A DNA stretch of 64,000 nucleotides from Tubiluchus corallicola (taxonomy: Eukaryota > Animalia > Priapulida): contig JAQGDQ010000365.1 of the NCBI GenBank assembly GCA_030141605.1, positions 168,643 through 232,642 of the forward strand. The letters run 5' to 3'. The translations under genes and the position numbers were made by a program. The notes under the pieces were generated by a model. It saw only the letters and a list, made by a program, of their open reading frames with translations. It was not told the DNA's origin and did no database searches. Of the stretch, positions 42,902 through 54,058 are shown piece after piece; within the stretch, counting starts at the first letter, position 1, and each line of letters begins with the position of its first letter.

Positions 42902-44506
42902 ATGAATTTGAAAAAATATTATTATTATATAAACAAAAAAATTTACATAACACTTATGTTGTTATTGGTTGTTCTTTTTGCAAACTCTTGTGAAGATTGG
43001 GAAGAACTCAATCATAACCCCAACGAACCGCCCTCACATATAGTAGATCCTGGGCTTAAAATGGGAAGTGTTTTTAAACAATCGGCTTTTACAGCACACT
43101 TACATCAGAGAATACATAATATATATGCAGATATGTTCTCTCAATACTTTATTGGGCATGGTTGGTCAACATATGATTATCAGAGCAACGACGGTTTTAG
43201 CAATGAGTATTGGGCAGAACACTATAAGTGGTTTTTTTCCTTAATAAGCCTTATTGAGGAGTATAAAGACGATGAAGAAAGAGTGAATTCTGTATCAGTA
43301 TTTCGTATCTGGAAAGTGTGGATTACACATAGGGCTGTTGATTTGTGGAGTGACATGCCTTATTCTAATGCTGGAGAAGGCATTTACGATAAAGAAAAAG
43401 ATATTTACTCAGATATGCTCAAAGAACTAAAAGAAGCAACTGCAGATTTGGATGAAAGTAAAATTATATTTGCAGACGCTACCCATGACTTAATATACGG
43501 TGGCAATGTGTTGCAATGGAAAAAATTTGCCAATTCTCTTCGGTTACGCTTAGCAATTCGTATTAGTGATGCAGATCCTAACTTGGCAAAAGCAAATGCA
43601 GAAGAAGCAGTAGCAGGAGGTGTGATAGAGAGCAATGCAGATATTCCATACATGCCTAATTTTGAAGGCTGGGGAAATGGATATAATTATAACTATTATT
43701 TTTGGTGGGGAGTAGGTAATGGCATGGCAATGAGCGAGTCTATGTATAAAACAGTAGTAAATATTGGCGACATAGATTTTAATACAGATGATGTAGATGC
43801 CCCAATAACTGACTATCCTGCAAAAGTAGACCCCAGAGCGACAGTTGTTTATGGGTCAACTTCGCTTAATAAGCCAGATGAGGATTTTAAAGGATCTTGG
43901 AGAGGCTTGCCATTTGGATTATCAAAAAATGATAGAGAGAAACCTGAAAATGCTATGCAAAATGTTTCGAGAGCCAATAAATCTATAAGAGGAGAGTCAC
44001 TTGGGGATCCTAATTTTTACACAGTGAGAAAATTTACAATTATGCCTGCATCAGAGGTTTGGTTTTTAAGAGCAGAAGGAGTGCTTAAAAACTGGGATAT
44101 GGGAGTAGCAGGTAAGAACGCATATGAAGAAGGAGTAAAGCAATCTTTTTATTATTGGGACCTTGATGAAGCCATAGCTGATACATATCTTGCTTCTAAT
44201 GCAACAAACGAATATGGCGTTTCGGCATCGTTTGATGACGTAGATGGAGGCTCAAAGTTGGAAAAGATCATTACACAGAAATATATTGCAGGTTTGCCTG
44301 ACAACTCATGGGAAGCATGGGCTGATTTGAGAAGGTTAGAATTGCCCGTATTAGATTATGGCAATCAATTTAATAGCAATATTGATGAAGGAAACGTAAT
44401 TCAACGTGTAAAATATCCGAGTACGCAAGCATTTACCAATGCAGAGGAGTATGATAAAGTTAAGGAAAATGATAATGAAGGGCACAAGCATTGGTGGTCA
44501 AAATGA
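42902..44506 (+). CDS. SusD/RagB nutrient-binding lipoprotein
   Basis: Lipobox ANSC, NPN, WKKFANSLRLRLAIR, IITQKYIA and EAWADLRR. Confidence 0.92.
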   Translation: MNLKKYYYYINKKIYITLMLLLVVLFANSCEDWEELNHNPNEPPSHIVDPGLKMGSVFKQSAFTAHLHQRIHNIYADMFSQYFIGHGWSTYDYQSNDGFSNEYWAEHYKWFFSLISLIEEYKDDEERVNSVSVFRIWKVWITHRAVDLWSDMPYSNAGEGIYDKEKDIYSDMLKELKEATADLDESKIIFADATHDLIYGGNVLQWKKFANSLRLRLAIRISDADPNLAKANAEEAVAGGVIESNADIPYMPNFEGWGNGYNYNYYFWWGVGNGMAMSESMYKTVVNIGDIDFNTDDVDAPITDYPAKVDPRATVVYGSTSLNKPDEDFKGSWRGLPFGLSKNDREKPENAMQNVSRANKSIRGESLGDPNFYTVRKFTIMPASEVWFLRAEGVLKNWDMGVAGKNAYEEGVKQSFYYWDLDEAIADTYLASNATNEYGVSASFDDVDGGSKLEKIITQKYIAGLPDNSWEAWADLRRLELPVLDYGNQFNSNIDEGNVIQRVKYPSTQAFTNAEEYDKVKENDNEGHKHWWSK

Positions 44507-44530
44507 AAGTAGGATATTCTTAATAAGATG

Positions 44531-44567
44531 AACAGCAAAAAGAGGCAACGAGCCTCTTTTTGCTGTT
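44531..44567 (+). terminator. Intrinsic terminator after susD
   Basis: Perfect 16-bp stem AACAGCAAAAAGAGGC / GCCTCTTTTTGCTGTT. Confidence 0.85.
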
Positions 44568-44725
44568 TTATAGTAAAAACACTTTTTTATTAAAAATGCA
44601 CATTTCGTTTTGGTGATTATAATAGTGCATGAAAGCAAGAGAGCCTCTTTGCCTTTGAGTTAAGCAATATCTAAAATCTTTCCTAAACTGGTATAGTCAC
44701 CTAAACTATAAAGAGTTTGCAGGCA

Positions 44726-45313
44726 TTAGTGTATTCTTTTTTTAGAAAAGAAAGCTCTTTGAAAAACCAAAATAACAACTACTCCAACAAATATAGAGGC
44801 ATCTGCAATGTTAAAAATAGGCCAAAGTGTCATTGGTTTTCCTCCTATGAAAGGCATCCATTCGGGTAAAAATCCTTCCCATATATCTATATAAAATATG
44901 TCTATTACTTGTCCATGTAACCACTTGTAAGGTGCATCCATAGGTGCGTTGTCAAGCAGCACACCATAAAACACGCTATCTAATACATTACCAACCGCTC
45001 CTCCTAAAATGAGTGCTATGCTTATTCGCAATAGAACATGTGCTTTTTCTTTGATGAGAAAATATAAATAGTTGATAATCAACAGCACAATACTTATTCT
45101 TATTATTGTGAGTATTAGCTTTCCATATTTATAATTAAAATTAATCCCGAAAGCCATACCCGGATTGAGGGTGTAATGCAATTTAAACCAGTCGCCAAAA
45201 ACGGCAATTTCTCCCGCTGCTCCCCTGTCAATATAATAAAAAACGGCTAACTTAACAATTTGATCAATGATTATAACTGCAAGAGCAATTAAATAGTATT
45301 TATAGTATTTCAT
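44726..45313 (-). CDS. lspA: Lipoprotein signal peptidase
   Basis: DQIVK, NPGMAFG, GAVGNVLD and PIFNIAD. Confidence 0.95.
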   Translation of the reverse strand: MKYYKYYLIALAVIIIDQIVKLAVFYYIDRGAAGEIAVFGDWFKLHYTLNPGMAFGINFNYKYGKLILTIIRISIVLLIINYLYFLIKEKAHVLLRISIALILGGAVGNVLDSVFYGVLLDNAPMDAPYKWLHGQVIDIFYIDIWEGFLPEWMPFIGGKPMTLWPIFNIADASIFVGVVVILVFQRAFFSKKRIH

Positions 45314-48300
45314 TGGTTTTTTGTATATTTATGTTTATAACATCTCCTCCCACTTCTATTTCTTCTTTTTTGATAAGCGCATTTTTTGAAACAAAATTAA
45401 ATTGTTTCGTTTGGGTTTCAGTACATATATATTCTTGATGTTTCTGTATGGCACTTTGCATTTTGCCATTGCTGACTTCCAAGTCTATATTTATTTTGTC
45501 TTGTACGTCTAATCCAGAAGTTTTTCTCAAGTTTTGTATTTTATTTACCATCTCACGAGATATACCTTCTTGCCAAAGCTCTTCTGTAATGGTAATATCT
45601 AGTGCAACAGTAATATTGTTTTCTGATATTACTGACCACCCTTCTATGTCTTCTGACTGTATAAGCAAGTCATCATATTGCAAAGGTATTATTTCATTGT
45701 TAACATTCAAACTTAAATTATGATATGTTTCAAAGTTTGCAATATCCTCTTTTGTTAATTGTGATATTGCTTTGGCAATATCTTTTATCTTACTTCCGTA
45801 TTTGCTGCCTAATTTTTTAAAGTTGGGCTTTGCCTTTTTAATGACTATATCCGAACTATTTTTTACATATTTTATGTTTTTTATGTTTACTTCAGACATT
45901 ATAAGTGTTTTAACGTGTTCTATTTGTTGCTTCACTTTTTCATCTGAAATGGGGATAAGAATTGTTGCTAATGGTTGCCTTACCTTAATTTTATGTGTTT
46001 TTCTTATTGAGTGCACCAATGAGGAAATAGTTTGAGCCAATGCTACAGTTTTTTCTAAATCTTTGTCTATTAGCTTCTTATCAACCTTAGGAAAATTGGT
46101 CAGGTGTATAGATGTTTCATTATCAAAATGTAAGTTTTCATACAGCTTGTCAGTATAAAATGGAGCTATGGGGGCTATGAGTTGAGCTATTGTTGATAGA
46201 CATGTATGTAATGTATTATAAGCGGCTCTTTTATCATCATTTAGGTTTCCTTTCCAAAATCTCTTTCTATTTAAGCGCACATACCAATTGCTTAGATCAT
46301 TAACTACAAAGTCTTGTATTGATCTAGCCACTTTGGTTGGCTCATAATTATCATAATATTTTTCTACATTAGCTATCAAGCTATTAAGCTTGGATACTAT
46401 CCACCTATCGCTTTCTGTTTTGCTTTGTGATAGGGCATGATGCTCTTTGTAATTATACTTATCAAGATTGGCATATAAGGCAAAAAACATATATGTATTT
46501 TGAAGTGTGCCAAAAAACTTTCTTTGTACTTTTTCTACTCCTTTTTCATCAAATTTTAAATTGTCCCAAGGATTAGAATTGCCTGTAATGTACCACCGCG
46601 TAGCATCAGCACCATATTTTTCTATAATTTCAAATGGATCAATGGCATTTCCTACGCGTTTTGACATCTTGTTTCCTTCTTTGTCTAATACCAAGCCATT
46701 GGACACTACATTTTTAAAAGCAACGCTATCAAATAACATTACAGATAGGGTGTGCAGTGTAAAGAACCATCCACGTGTTTGATCTACGCCCTCTGCTATG
46801 AAATCTGCGGGGAAAGAGTTAGCAAAGGTAGGCTTATTTTCAAATGGATAGTGCCATTGTGCATAGGGCATTGCTCCTGAGTCGAACCATACATCTATTA
46901 AGTCTTTTTCACGGTACATTGCTGTTTTTGTACTACTTAACAAAACAATTTCGTCAACAAGGGGTCTATGAGGGTCAAAATCATTTTTTAATGATTCTTT
47001 CATTAGCCCTGCTTTTATTGACTTTTCTACTTCTTGTTTTAACTCTTCGAATGAACCAATGCATTTTTCTTCTTTTCCATCTTTTGTTCGCCAAATGGGT
47101 AGAGGAGTTCCCCAAAAACGAGATCTGCTCAAGTTCCAATCAACAAGATTTTCAAGCCAATTACCAAATCTTCCTGTTCCTGTTGCAGATGGTTTCCAGT
47201 TGATGGATTTATTATACTTTATCAGTTTTTCTTTACATGCTGTTGTCTTTATGAACCAAGACTCCAAAGGGTAGTATAAAATGGGCTTATCAGTTCGCCA
47301 ACAATGAGGGTAGGAGTGCTCATATTTTTCTACTTTGAAGGCTTTGTTTTCTTCTTTTAATTTTATTGCTATTAGCATGTCGGTAGACTTATAGCCGGGC
47401 ACAGAAGTATCTTCATCTGCGTAGTTTTTCACGTACATACCAGCGAAGTCTGTTATCTCTTTTACAAACTTACCTTGCCTGTCTACTATTGGCATTTCAT
47501 TACCGTTTTTGTCTTTTATTGTTACGGCAGGGATATTATATTGTTGAGATATTTTATAATCATCAGCACCAAATGTTTTGGCAATGTGCACAATCCCCGT
47601 CCCATCTTGTGTAGTAACAAAGTCGCCAATGATGACTTTAAGTGCAGGAGATTGCAAAGGAATATATGGCAATAACTGTTCATACTCTATATTTGCCAAA
47701 TCTTTTCCTAAATACTCTTCTACTATTTCATATGGAATAGGCTGTTTGTTGGGGGTGTAACTACTTAGGTCAACATCTTTTGCTTTTGGATTAAAGTATG
47801 TATGTAGTAGGTCTTTTGCCAATATTACGTTTATTGGTTGGTGTGTATATTGGTTAAATGTTTTTACTTTTACATACGTTATGTTTTTTCCTATCGCCAA
47901 TGAGTTATTGGCAGGGAGTGTCCATGGTGTAGTAGTCCAAGCAAGGAAATAATCATTTTTGGAGTTTTTTATTTTAAATTGAGCAACAATAGAAGTATCT
48001 TTTATAGTCCTATAAGTACCAGATTGATTGAGTTCATGCGAGCTTAGCCCTGTGCCTGCGGCGGGTGAAAATGGCTGTATGGTGTAGCCTTTATACAAAA
48101 GCCCTTTTTCATAAAGTTTTTTTAGTAGGTACCATAATGTTTCTATATAATCTCTATCAAATGTGATGTAGGGCCTATCTAAATCTACCCAATAGCCCAT
48201 TTTTTCTGTCAACTCATCCCACTCTTTTTTATATTTCATTACAGTGGCTTTGCACTCATCGTTATATTTAGCAATAGAGATTTTTTTGCCTATATCTTTT

Positions 48301-48611
48301 TTTGTAATATTTAAGTCTTTTTCTACTTGCAGTTCTACGGGTAACCCATGGGCATCCCATCCTCCTTTACGATTTACAAAAAAACCTTGTAATGTTTTAT
48401 ACCGACAAAAAATATCCTTTATTGTTCGGCTCATAGTATGGTGAATACCGGGTTTTCCGTTGGCGGATGGAGGACCTTCATAAAAAACAAAGGGCTGCGA
48501 ATTGCTTCGCATTTCTAATGATTTTTTAAAAATATTATTTTTCTTCCATTTGTCAAGAACATTTTGTTCTATGTTTGAGAAACTTTTTTCCTTATCTTCT
48601 TTATATAGCAC
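45300..48611 (-). CDS. ileS: Isoleucine--tRNA ligase (type 2)
   Basis: EGPPSANGKPGIHH, WTTTPWTLP, GVDQTRGWF and KMSKR; GTG start. Confidence 0.97.
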   Translation of the reverse strand: MLYKEDKEKSFSNIEQNVLDKWKKNNIFKKSLEMRSNSQPFVFYEGPPSANGKPGIHHTMSRTIKDIFCRYKTLQGFFVNRKGGWDAHGLPVELQVEKDLNITKKDIGKKISIAKYNDECKATVMKYKKEWDELTEKMGYWVDLDRPYITFDRDYIETLWYLLKKLYEKGLLYKGYTIQPFSPAAGTGLSSHELNQSGTYRTIKDTSIVAQFKIKNSKNDYFLAWTTTPWTLPANNSLAIGKNITYVKVKTFNQYTHQPINVILAKDLLHTYFNPKAKDVDLSSYTPNKQPIPYEIVEEYLGKDLANIEYEQLLPYIPLQSPALKVIIGDFVTTQDGTGIVHIAKTFGADDYKISQQYNIPAVTIKDKNGNEMPIVDRQGKFVKEITDFAGMYVKNYADEDTSVPGYKSTDMLIAIKLKEENKAFKVEKYEHSYPHCWRTDKPILYYPLESWFIKTTACKEKLIKYNKSINWKPSATGTGRFGNWLENLVDWNLSRSRFWGTPLPIWRTKDGKEEKCIGSFEELKQEVEKSIKAGLMKESLKNDFDPHRPLVDEIVLLSSTKTAMYREKDLIDVWFDSGAMPYAQWHYPFENKPTFANSFPADFIAEGVDQTRGWFFTLHTLSVMLFDSVAFKNVVSNGLVLDKEGNKMSKRVGNAIDPFEIIEKYGADATRWYITGNSNPWDNLKFDEKGVEKVQRKFFGTLQNTYMFFALYANLDKYNYKEHHALSQSKTESDRWIVSKLNSLIANVEKYYDNYEPTKVARSIQDFVVNDLSNWYVRLNRKRFWKGNLNDDKRAAYNTLHTCLSTIAQLIAPIAPFYTDKLYENLHFDNETSIHLTNFPKVDKKLIDKDLEKTVALAQTISSLVHSIRKTHKIKVRQPLATILIPISDEKVKQQIEHVKTLIMSEVNIKNIKYVKNSSDIVIKKAKPNFKKLGSKYGSKIKDIAKAISQLTKEDIANFETYHNLSLNVNNEIIPLQYDDLLIQSEDIEGWSVISENNITVALDITITEELWQEGISREMVNKIQNLRKTSGLDVQDKINIDLEVSNGKMQSAIQKHQEYICTETQTKQFNFVSKNALIKKEEIEVGGDVININIQKTNEIL

Positions 48612-48927
48612 TGTGATGAGTATTAAGATTTAATTAAGATGCAAATTTAAAGAAAATTAGAATAATGATGGGTATTTAGCCTGTTTTTTGTACAACAATT
48701 ATAACTGTGGCAATGTGTTACTACTATCTTTTTTTACTATAATATTTTGCACTTTGTGCAAATAACAACATGTGAAAAGTGTAAGATTGATAATAATGAC
48801 AAGAAAAGAAGAGAAGCCAAAAAAGAGTTTTAATAGGGCATATTTTTATTGATAGGTGCTTTTATTGAGTATAAAAATTGTATTTTTGAAATTCTTTTGA
48901 ATATATAAGTAATATATATTGTCCATA

Positions 48928-49791
48928 ATGAAAAATTTACTTAAAAAAGTATACAAATATCAAATTAAGATAAGAAAAGCGATAGAGGAGCAAATGCACG
49001 GTGATTTTCACTCTGTATTCAAAGGTTCAGGATTGGAGTTTGACGATGTAAGACCGTACCAGTATGGAGATGAAGTGCGGGCAATCAATTGGAGTGTATC
49101 AGCAAAGGGTCATGGAGTTTATGTAAATACATTTAAAGAAGAAAAAGAACAAACAGTATCTTTTTTATTAGATGTAAGTGCTTCACAAGATATAGGAAGT
49201 AAGGGGAAACGTAAGCTTGACATAGCAAAGGAGATATGTGGAATATTGTGTTTGTCGGCTATTGAGGAAAATAGTCGCGTAGGATTAGTCTGTTTTTCGG
49301 ATAGAAAAGAGCGATATGTTAAACCGAATAAAGGAAAACACCATGCTTATTATTTTTTGACTTCACTTTTTAATTTGCAACCACAGTCATTGAAAACAAA
49401 CCTATCAGAAGCGTTTTTGTTTGTAATTAAAACATTAAAAAAGCGAAGCATTATTATAATTATTTCAGATTTTATAGATGATGACTATCAAACACAATTG
49501 AAAAAATCTTGCAACTAAACATGATGTGGTAGCTATTCATATTAGCGATCAAAGAGAAACCCATTTGCCCAAACTTGGAATTATCCCGTTGTATGATACC
49601 GAAACACAGTCTACTTTGTGGTTGAACAACTCTACTATAAATTTTAGAAAAAAAGTAGAAAAAGAGTTTTTGGTAACCAACAAGAGTTTATAAAATTTTG
49701 CAAGAAAAAAATATCAGTTACATAAACATTAACACTAATGAAGATTATAAAACTTATTGAAATGTTTAGGGTTAGAAATAAAAGGAGATAA
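48928..49791 (+). CDS. DUF58 (MoxR/Bat-associated) protein, several indels in the 3' third
   Basis: HSVFKGSGLEFDDVRPYQYGD, LDVSAS and ISDF. Shifted frames continue KHDVVAIHISDQRETHLPKLGII and LIEMFRVRNKRR to a stop. Confidence 0.85.
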
Positions 49792-50716
49792 GCATTTATA
49801 TAGCATATTATTATTGGTAGTTTTAATTTTATTATCATACGTAAAAGTAGATGCCTCTATTACCGTTGATGTAAAAGGAGAGTTTTTAAAAAAAGAAATT
49901 AATGTTGGTGAAGAAGTGGAGTATGTGCTTACATGTGCCTATCCTAATGAATTGAATATTTTATTTCCCGGAGAAAAAGACAAATTTGGGGCGTTTGTAA
50001 TAAAGGAATTAAAATTTTTTCCTACTTTTTCTGATTTCAACAACGATAAAGATAGTGTAGTTTATACCCTTACAATTTTTGAGACAGATACTGTTCAAAA
50101 ATTGCAGTTACCCGTGTTTATAATTACAGAAACAGGCGATAGCATTATTAGGTATACTAATATAGACTCAATAAGAATATTGCCAATTATAACAGAAGTG
50201 CCACAAGAGATACAATTAAAACAAAATACAGACTATTTAGTAGTAAATAGAGAGTTTAATGTAAGAAAATTTTTAATCATTTTTGGAGTATGCCTATTCA
50301 TAATTGCGACAATAGTGTGGATATTTAATAAGCAAATGTATGCTCTGTGTCGGATATTATTGTTGAAAAGAAAACATAAAAAATTTGTTTTAAGATTTGT
50401 ACAGAAAACACATAGTCTCACGCCAGAATACTTTCCTGAAGAAATGGTGTTACTATTACAAGAGTGGCAAAGATATATGGAAAAGACAGTTTCCATATCA
50501 TTTACCACAATGACCTCAAAAGAAGTAAAACAACATAATCGAAAATTGGGATCTCTTGCTAAAACATTGAGTGCCATAGACACATATATATACTCTGGCA
50601 ATGCGAATAACAAGGTAAAGAAACAGTTTTTGCGATTGCAAAAAATTTCAGACCATTTGGTAGAAAAAGAAATAATAAAAATAAGACATGGAAGCAGGAG
50701 AAATATTGCAAAATAG
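49757..50716 (+). CDS. Bat-operon associated membrane protein (BatD-like N-terminus)
   Basis: Signal-like segment, beta-rich domain and single TM; lies between DUF58 and the vWA gene. The start is uncertain. Confidence 0.6.
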   Translation: MKCLGLEIKGDKHLYSILLLVVLILLSYVKVDASITVDVKGEFLKKEINVGEEVEYVLTCAYPNELNILFPGEKDKFGAFVIKELKFFPTFSDFNNDKDSVVYTLTIFETDTVQKLQLPVFIITETGDSIIRYTNIDSIRILPIITEVPQEIQLKQNTDYLVVNREFNVRKFLIIFGVCLFIIATIVWIFNKQMYALCRILLLKRKHKKFVLRFVQKTHSLTPEYFPEEMVLLLQEWQRYMEKTVSISFTTMTSKEVKQHNRKLGSLAKTLSAIDTYIYSGNANNKVKKQFLRLQKISDHLVEKEIIKIRHGSRRNIAK

Positions 50717-51740
50717 TTGGTGGTCATTATATTGGTTTTTCCCATCCACATTTAAAAGTTTTAATTGGGGAAATGGGTATTTTTTATATTTATTATTGTT
50801 TATCCCTATTTTTTTTGGGCTAAAATGGATAATATTTAAAAAATATGGTATAAAACTAAAAATTGCAGTTTTACAAAAAACAGCAAAAAAACACAAAATC
50901 AATCTATTGCGCTTAATACCCAATGTATTAATAGGGTTGATTATAGCTCTTTTGATAATATCGTTGGCGCGACCTCAAAAAACAGATGAAGTGATAGAGC
51001 AATGGTCTAGTGGTATAGATATAATTATGGCAATAGATATATCGTTGTCGATGTCATTACAAGATTTACAGCCTGATAGATTAAGAGCAGCAAAAAATGT
51101 AGCAAAAAAATTTATTGTAGGAAGAAAGTTTGATAGAATAGGAGTAGTCATTTTTGCAGGAGAAGCCTACTCTATGGCCCCGCTCACTACCGACAAAAAG
51201 CTTTTGTTAGATTATGTCAATGATATTTCTTTTGATAAAATAAAAAAAGAAGGAACAGCCATAGGAACAGCCTTGGCAATCTCTACTAATAGGCTTCGTT
51301 CTTCTGAAGCCAAAACTAAAGTAATAATATTGTTGAGTGATGGCGAAAGTAATACAGGAAACATTGACCCTGCCTTGGCAGCAAAATTAGCACATGGATA
51401 TGGAATAAAAGTTTATACCATTGCTGTTGGTAAGGAAGGAAAAGTACCCAGTGGCGTAAACGTATTTGGCCAAACAACATATGTAGAAAACCATTTAGAT
51501 GAAATAACTTTACGCGAAATAGCTCTTGTTACTAATGGAAAATTTTTTAGAGCGATTGACACAAACTCATTGAACAATATATTTCGCTCTATAGATAACT
51601 ATGAAAAAACAGAGATAAAAGAGAACAAATACCAACATGTTACAGACTGCTATTTTAATTATCTTAAATGGGCTATTTTATTGTTTCTTGCCTGGATAGC
51701 ACTAAAATCTTCATTTATCTCTAATGTTTTGCAGGATTAA
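50688..51740 (+). CDS. batA: BatA-like vWA domain protein
   Basis: LARPQ, MIDAS DISLSM, DRIGVVIFAGEA, GTAIG, LLSDGESN and KVYTIAVG. Confidence 0.85.
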   Translation: MEAGEILQNSWWSLYWFFPSTFKSFNWGNGYFLYLLLFIPIFFGLKWIIFKKYGIKLKIAVLQKTAKKHKINLLRLIPNVLIGLIIALLIISLARPQKTDEVIEQWSSGIDIIMAIDISLSMSLQDLQPDRLRAAKNVAKKFIVGRKFDRIGVVIFAGEAYSMAPLTTDKKLLLDYVNDISFDKIKKEGTAIGTALAISTNRLRSSEAKTKVIILLSDGESNTGNIDPALAAKLAHGYGIKVYTIAVGKEGKVPSGVNVFGQTTYVENHLDEITLREIALVTNGKFFRAIDTNSLNNIFRSIDNYEKTEIKENKYQHVTDCYFNYLKWAILLFLAWIALKSSFISNVLQD

Positions 51741-51754
51741 ATAAATATTGATTT

Positions 51755-52639
51755 ATGCAAGAGAATGCAAAAAAACTAATCAAATCAATCAATGTAAAAC
51801 TACAACGAGCAACTGTTGTGGACTCTTTTGATAGTATTGTTAAAGAAAAGGGAAACATGTTAATCTTGGTTCAAGAGGGCGCTATTAAATACACAAAAGG
51901 AGAGAAACCATTAGATAAAGGAAAAATACTATTTCTCAACAATAAGGAAAAAATAGACTTTTTAAACTTCAATAAACCACAACATAAAAACACCTTACCT
52001 CCTAACCATGACTTCTTTTCTATCATAACATTTGATGCTCAATTGTTTGATACTGTAAACATTTTTTCAGCAATTAATTTACCTCGTTTTATTGTTATAG
52101 AAGATAAGAATTTGGCAATAATAATTGATGCAATTGTAAGAGAAAGTAGAGAAAAACAGATAGAAAATAATACAGAAGCGTTCTTAATAGGACAAGACAG
52201 AATAGTACAACACTATGTTGGCATTTTAATTATAAAATTAATGCAGTATTTCTTAAATCATTCCAAATTCAAAAAACAATTTTCATCTCTTTTTGACTAT
52301 TTTAACCACAAAAAGTTGATAAAGGTGTTTTCTTACATTAAAGAAAATATAGACAAAAATTTGTCAAATAAATCGCTTGCTCAAATTACGGGATTGTCAG
52401 AAAATTATATAGGGCGTTATTTTAAAGCAATTACTCACACCTCACTACAATGTTATATAGAGTCCCAACGGCTTGAATATGCTATTGAATTGTTAAAAGA
52501 CACAGCGAAGCCCATTGCAGAAATAAGCAAAGAGTGTGGCTTTAGTGACGTAACCTATTTTTGTAAACGATTTAAAAAAAGACATCAAGTGCCTCCCAAA
52601 AATATCCGAAAAAAAGAATTAAAAATATATGGAGAATAG
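51755..52639 (+). CDS. AraC family transcriptional regulator
   Basis: C-terminal double HTH: LAQITGLSENYIGRYFK...ISKECGFSDVTYFCKRFKK. Confidence 0.92.
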   Translation: MQENAKKLIKSINVKLQRATVVDSFDSIVKEKGNMLILVQEGAIKYTKGEKPLDKGKILFLNNKEKIDFLNFNKPQHKNTLPPNHDFFSIITFDAQLFDTVNIFSAINLPRFIVIEDKNLAIIIDAIVRESREKQIENNTEAFLIGQDRIVQHYVGILIIKLMQYFLNHSKFKKQFSSLFDYFNHKKLIKVFSYIKENIDKNLSNKSLAQITGLSENYIGRYFKAITHTSLQCYIESQRLEYAIELLKDTAKPIAEISKECGFSDVTYFCKRFKKRHQVPPKNIRKKELKIYGE

Positions 52640-52761
52640 ATTTATCAACGCTTTTAAGGATGTGTTTTTAAAATATATTCATAACTCTACACTAAAAAAT
52701 TAAATTTTATTACATTTGTGCAGAATTATAACTTATTAACATTAACAAAAAAATTAAAATC

Positions 52762-53913
52762 ATGGAAAAATTAAAAAATTATCTTTCAAAGAGTAACCTT
52801 TTGAAGTTATTCCTTTTATCTCTTTTTGTTTCTTTTTTGTATTCTTGCTCTGATGACGGAGGAAGCGATGACCCAACACCATCCCTAGAGACTAAGAATA
52901 TTCTTGTAGTAAATCAAGACACCTTTAAACTGCGAGACGCAAATTATTTAACCCGATATGCAGATAAAAAAATACTTTCTGTGTCAATTTTAGATGAAGA
53001 AATAACACCTGACATTCTCAATGGATCATTAAATGGAAGAGGATGCTTTTTTGGCTTTGAAATAAAGTCTGCTGAAGAAGGAAAAATCAAGGCAGGAAAA
53101 TATACTTTTGCCAACAGCGTAGAGGAAGCTCAAGAAAATCAATTTTTTGGAATGTTTGGATTCAAAGACGTAGAGGGCTACAAAATAGCTTCTATTTTAA
53201 ATGACGAAACTCATGTTGACTATGAGGACCTTAGAAAGGAAGCCTTTGACATTACTCAAGGAACGTTGGAAATTACAGCGACTGATGATGCTGAGTGGAA
53301 AATAGAGTTTGTAGGAAAAGCAAAAATGGCTGGAACAGGTGAAGAAGTAGATGTTTACTGTCGTTTTGTAAGACAAATAGGAGATGTTACAGACTATTCA
53401 CCGAAAAAAGAGTTTACCATTGATGAAACAACATATAGAGGTAACTGGACTGTTTATAAAGTCAATCCAGAAAATAACAAATTAATAGGCATATGTCTGC
53501 TTGATGAAAAAATGACAGTTGATCTTGAAGACACCGATCAACCATTTTCAGGAGCTGGATCATTCGTTAGGATTCAAGTATATTCAACTACGGAAAACAG
53601 TATTGCATCACAGAAATATGAACCAACAACGACAGAATTACAAGAAGGTGAATTTACAATTACCTATTTTCGTGAATTAGATGCAAGCGAGGTGATAGGA
53701 ATACTTGGCGACAACCCACAGGTAGATGAAAGTAAGGTGTATGATATCACTGATGTTACAACAGAATTGAATATTAATACAGACCAAACGGGATCTTATA
53801 AAATAACATATGCTGTTAATTCCAATGAGCAAGGTACAGCTGAAAATGGCAACAATGAAGAGGTAGCAACGGTTATAAACTTTATGAGTTATGGACATAA
53901 AATAGAAGAATAA
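52762..53913 (+). CDS. Hypothetical acidic surface lipoprotein with two internal repeat domains
   Basis: Lipobox LYSC followed by the acidic stretch SDDGGSDD; own TACATTTG promoter at 52711-52718. Confidence 0.75.
   Translation: MEKLKNYLSKSNLLKLFLLSLFVSFLYSCSDDGGSDDPTPSLETKNILVVNQDTFKLRDANYLTRYADKKILSVSILDEEITPDILNGSLNGRGCFFGFEIKSAEEGKIKAGKYTFANSVEEAQENQFFGMFGFKDVEGYKIASILNDETHVDYEDLRKEAFDITQGTLEITATDDAEWKIEFVGKAKMAGTGEEVDVYCRFVRQIGDVTDYSPKKEFTIDETTYRGNWTVYKVNPENNKLIGICLLDEKMTVDLEDTDQPFSGAGSFVRIQVYSTTENSIASQKYEPTTTELQEGEFTITYFRELDASEVIGILGDNPQVDESKVYDITDVTTELNINTDQTGSYKITYAVNSNEQGTAENGNNEEVATVINFMSYGHKIEE
53797..53841 (+). repeat. 45-bp direct repeat, copy 1
   Basis: TATAAAATAACATATGCTGTTAATTCCAATGAGCAAGGTACAGCT, identical to 54578-54622. 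Confidence 0.95.
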
Positions 53914-53942
53914 TACACTTTGTTGTGTGTTCAAAAAAATAA

Positions 53943-53985
53943 TTTAATAAAAAAAGGGGAGCATTGCTCCCCTTTTTTTATTAAA
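53943..53985 (+). terminator. Intrinsic terminator
   Basis: Stem TTTAATAAAAAAAGGGGAGC / GCTCCCCTTTTTTTATTAAA. Confidence 0.85.
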
Positions 53986-54058
53986 GAAATATTGTTACAT
54001 TTGTTATTAAAGTGAAAACCACAAATAATTAATTTAATTAACTAAACGACAAGAAACC

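Noticed and set aside
48746-48762. Small inverted repeat TTTGCAC-TTT-GTGCAAA in the ileS/DUF58 divergent gap
   Set aside because: A short single instance with no T-box or other leader features.
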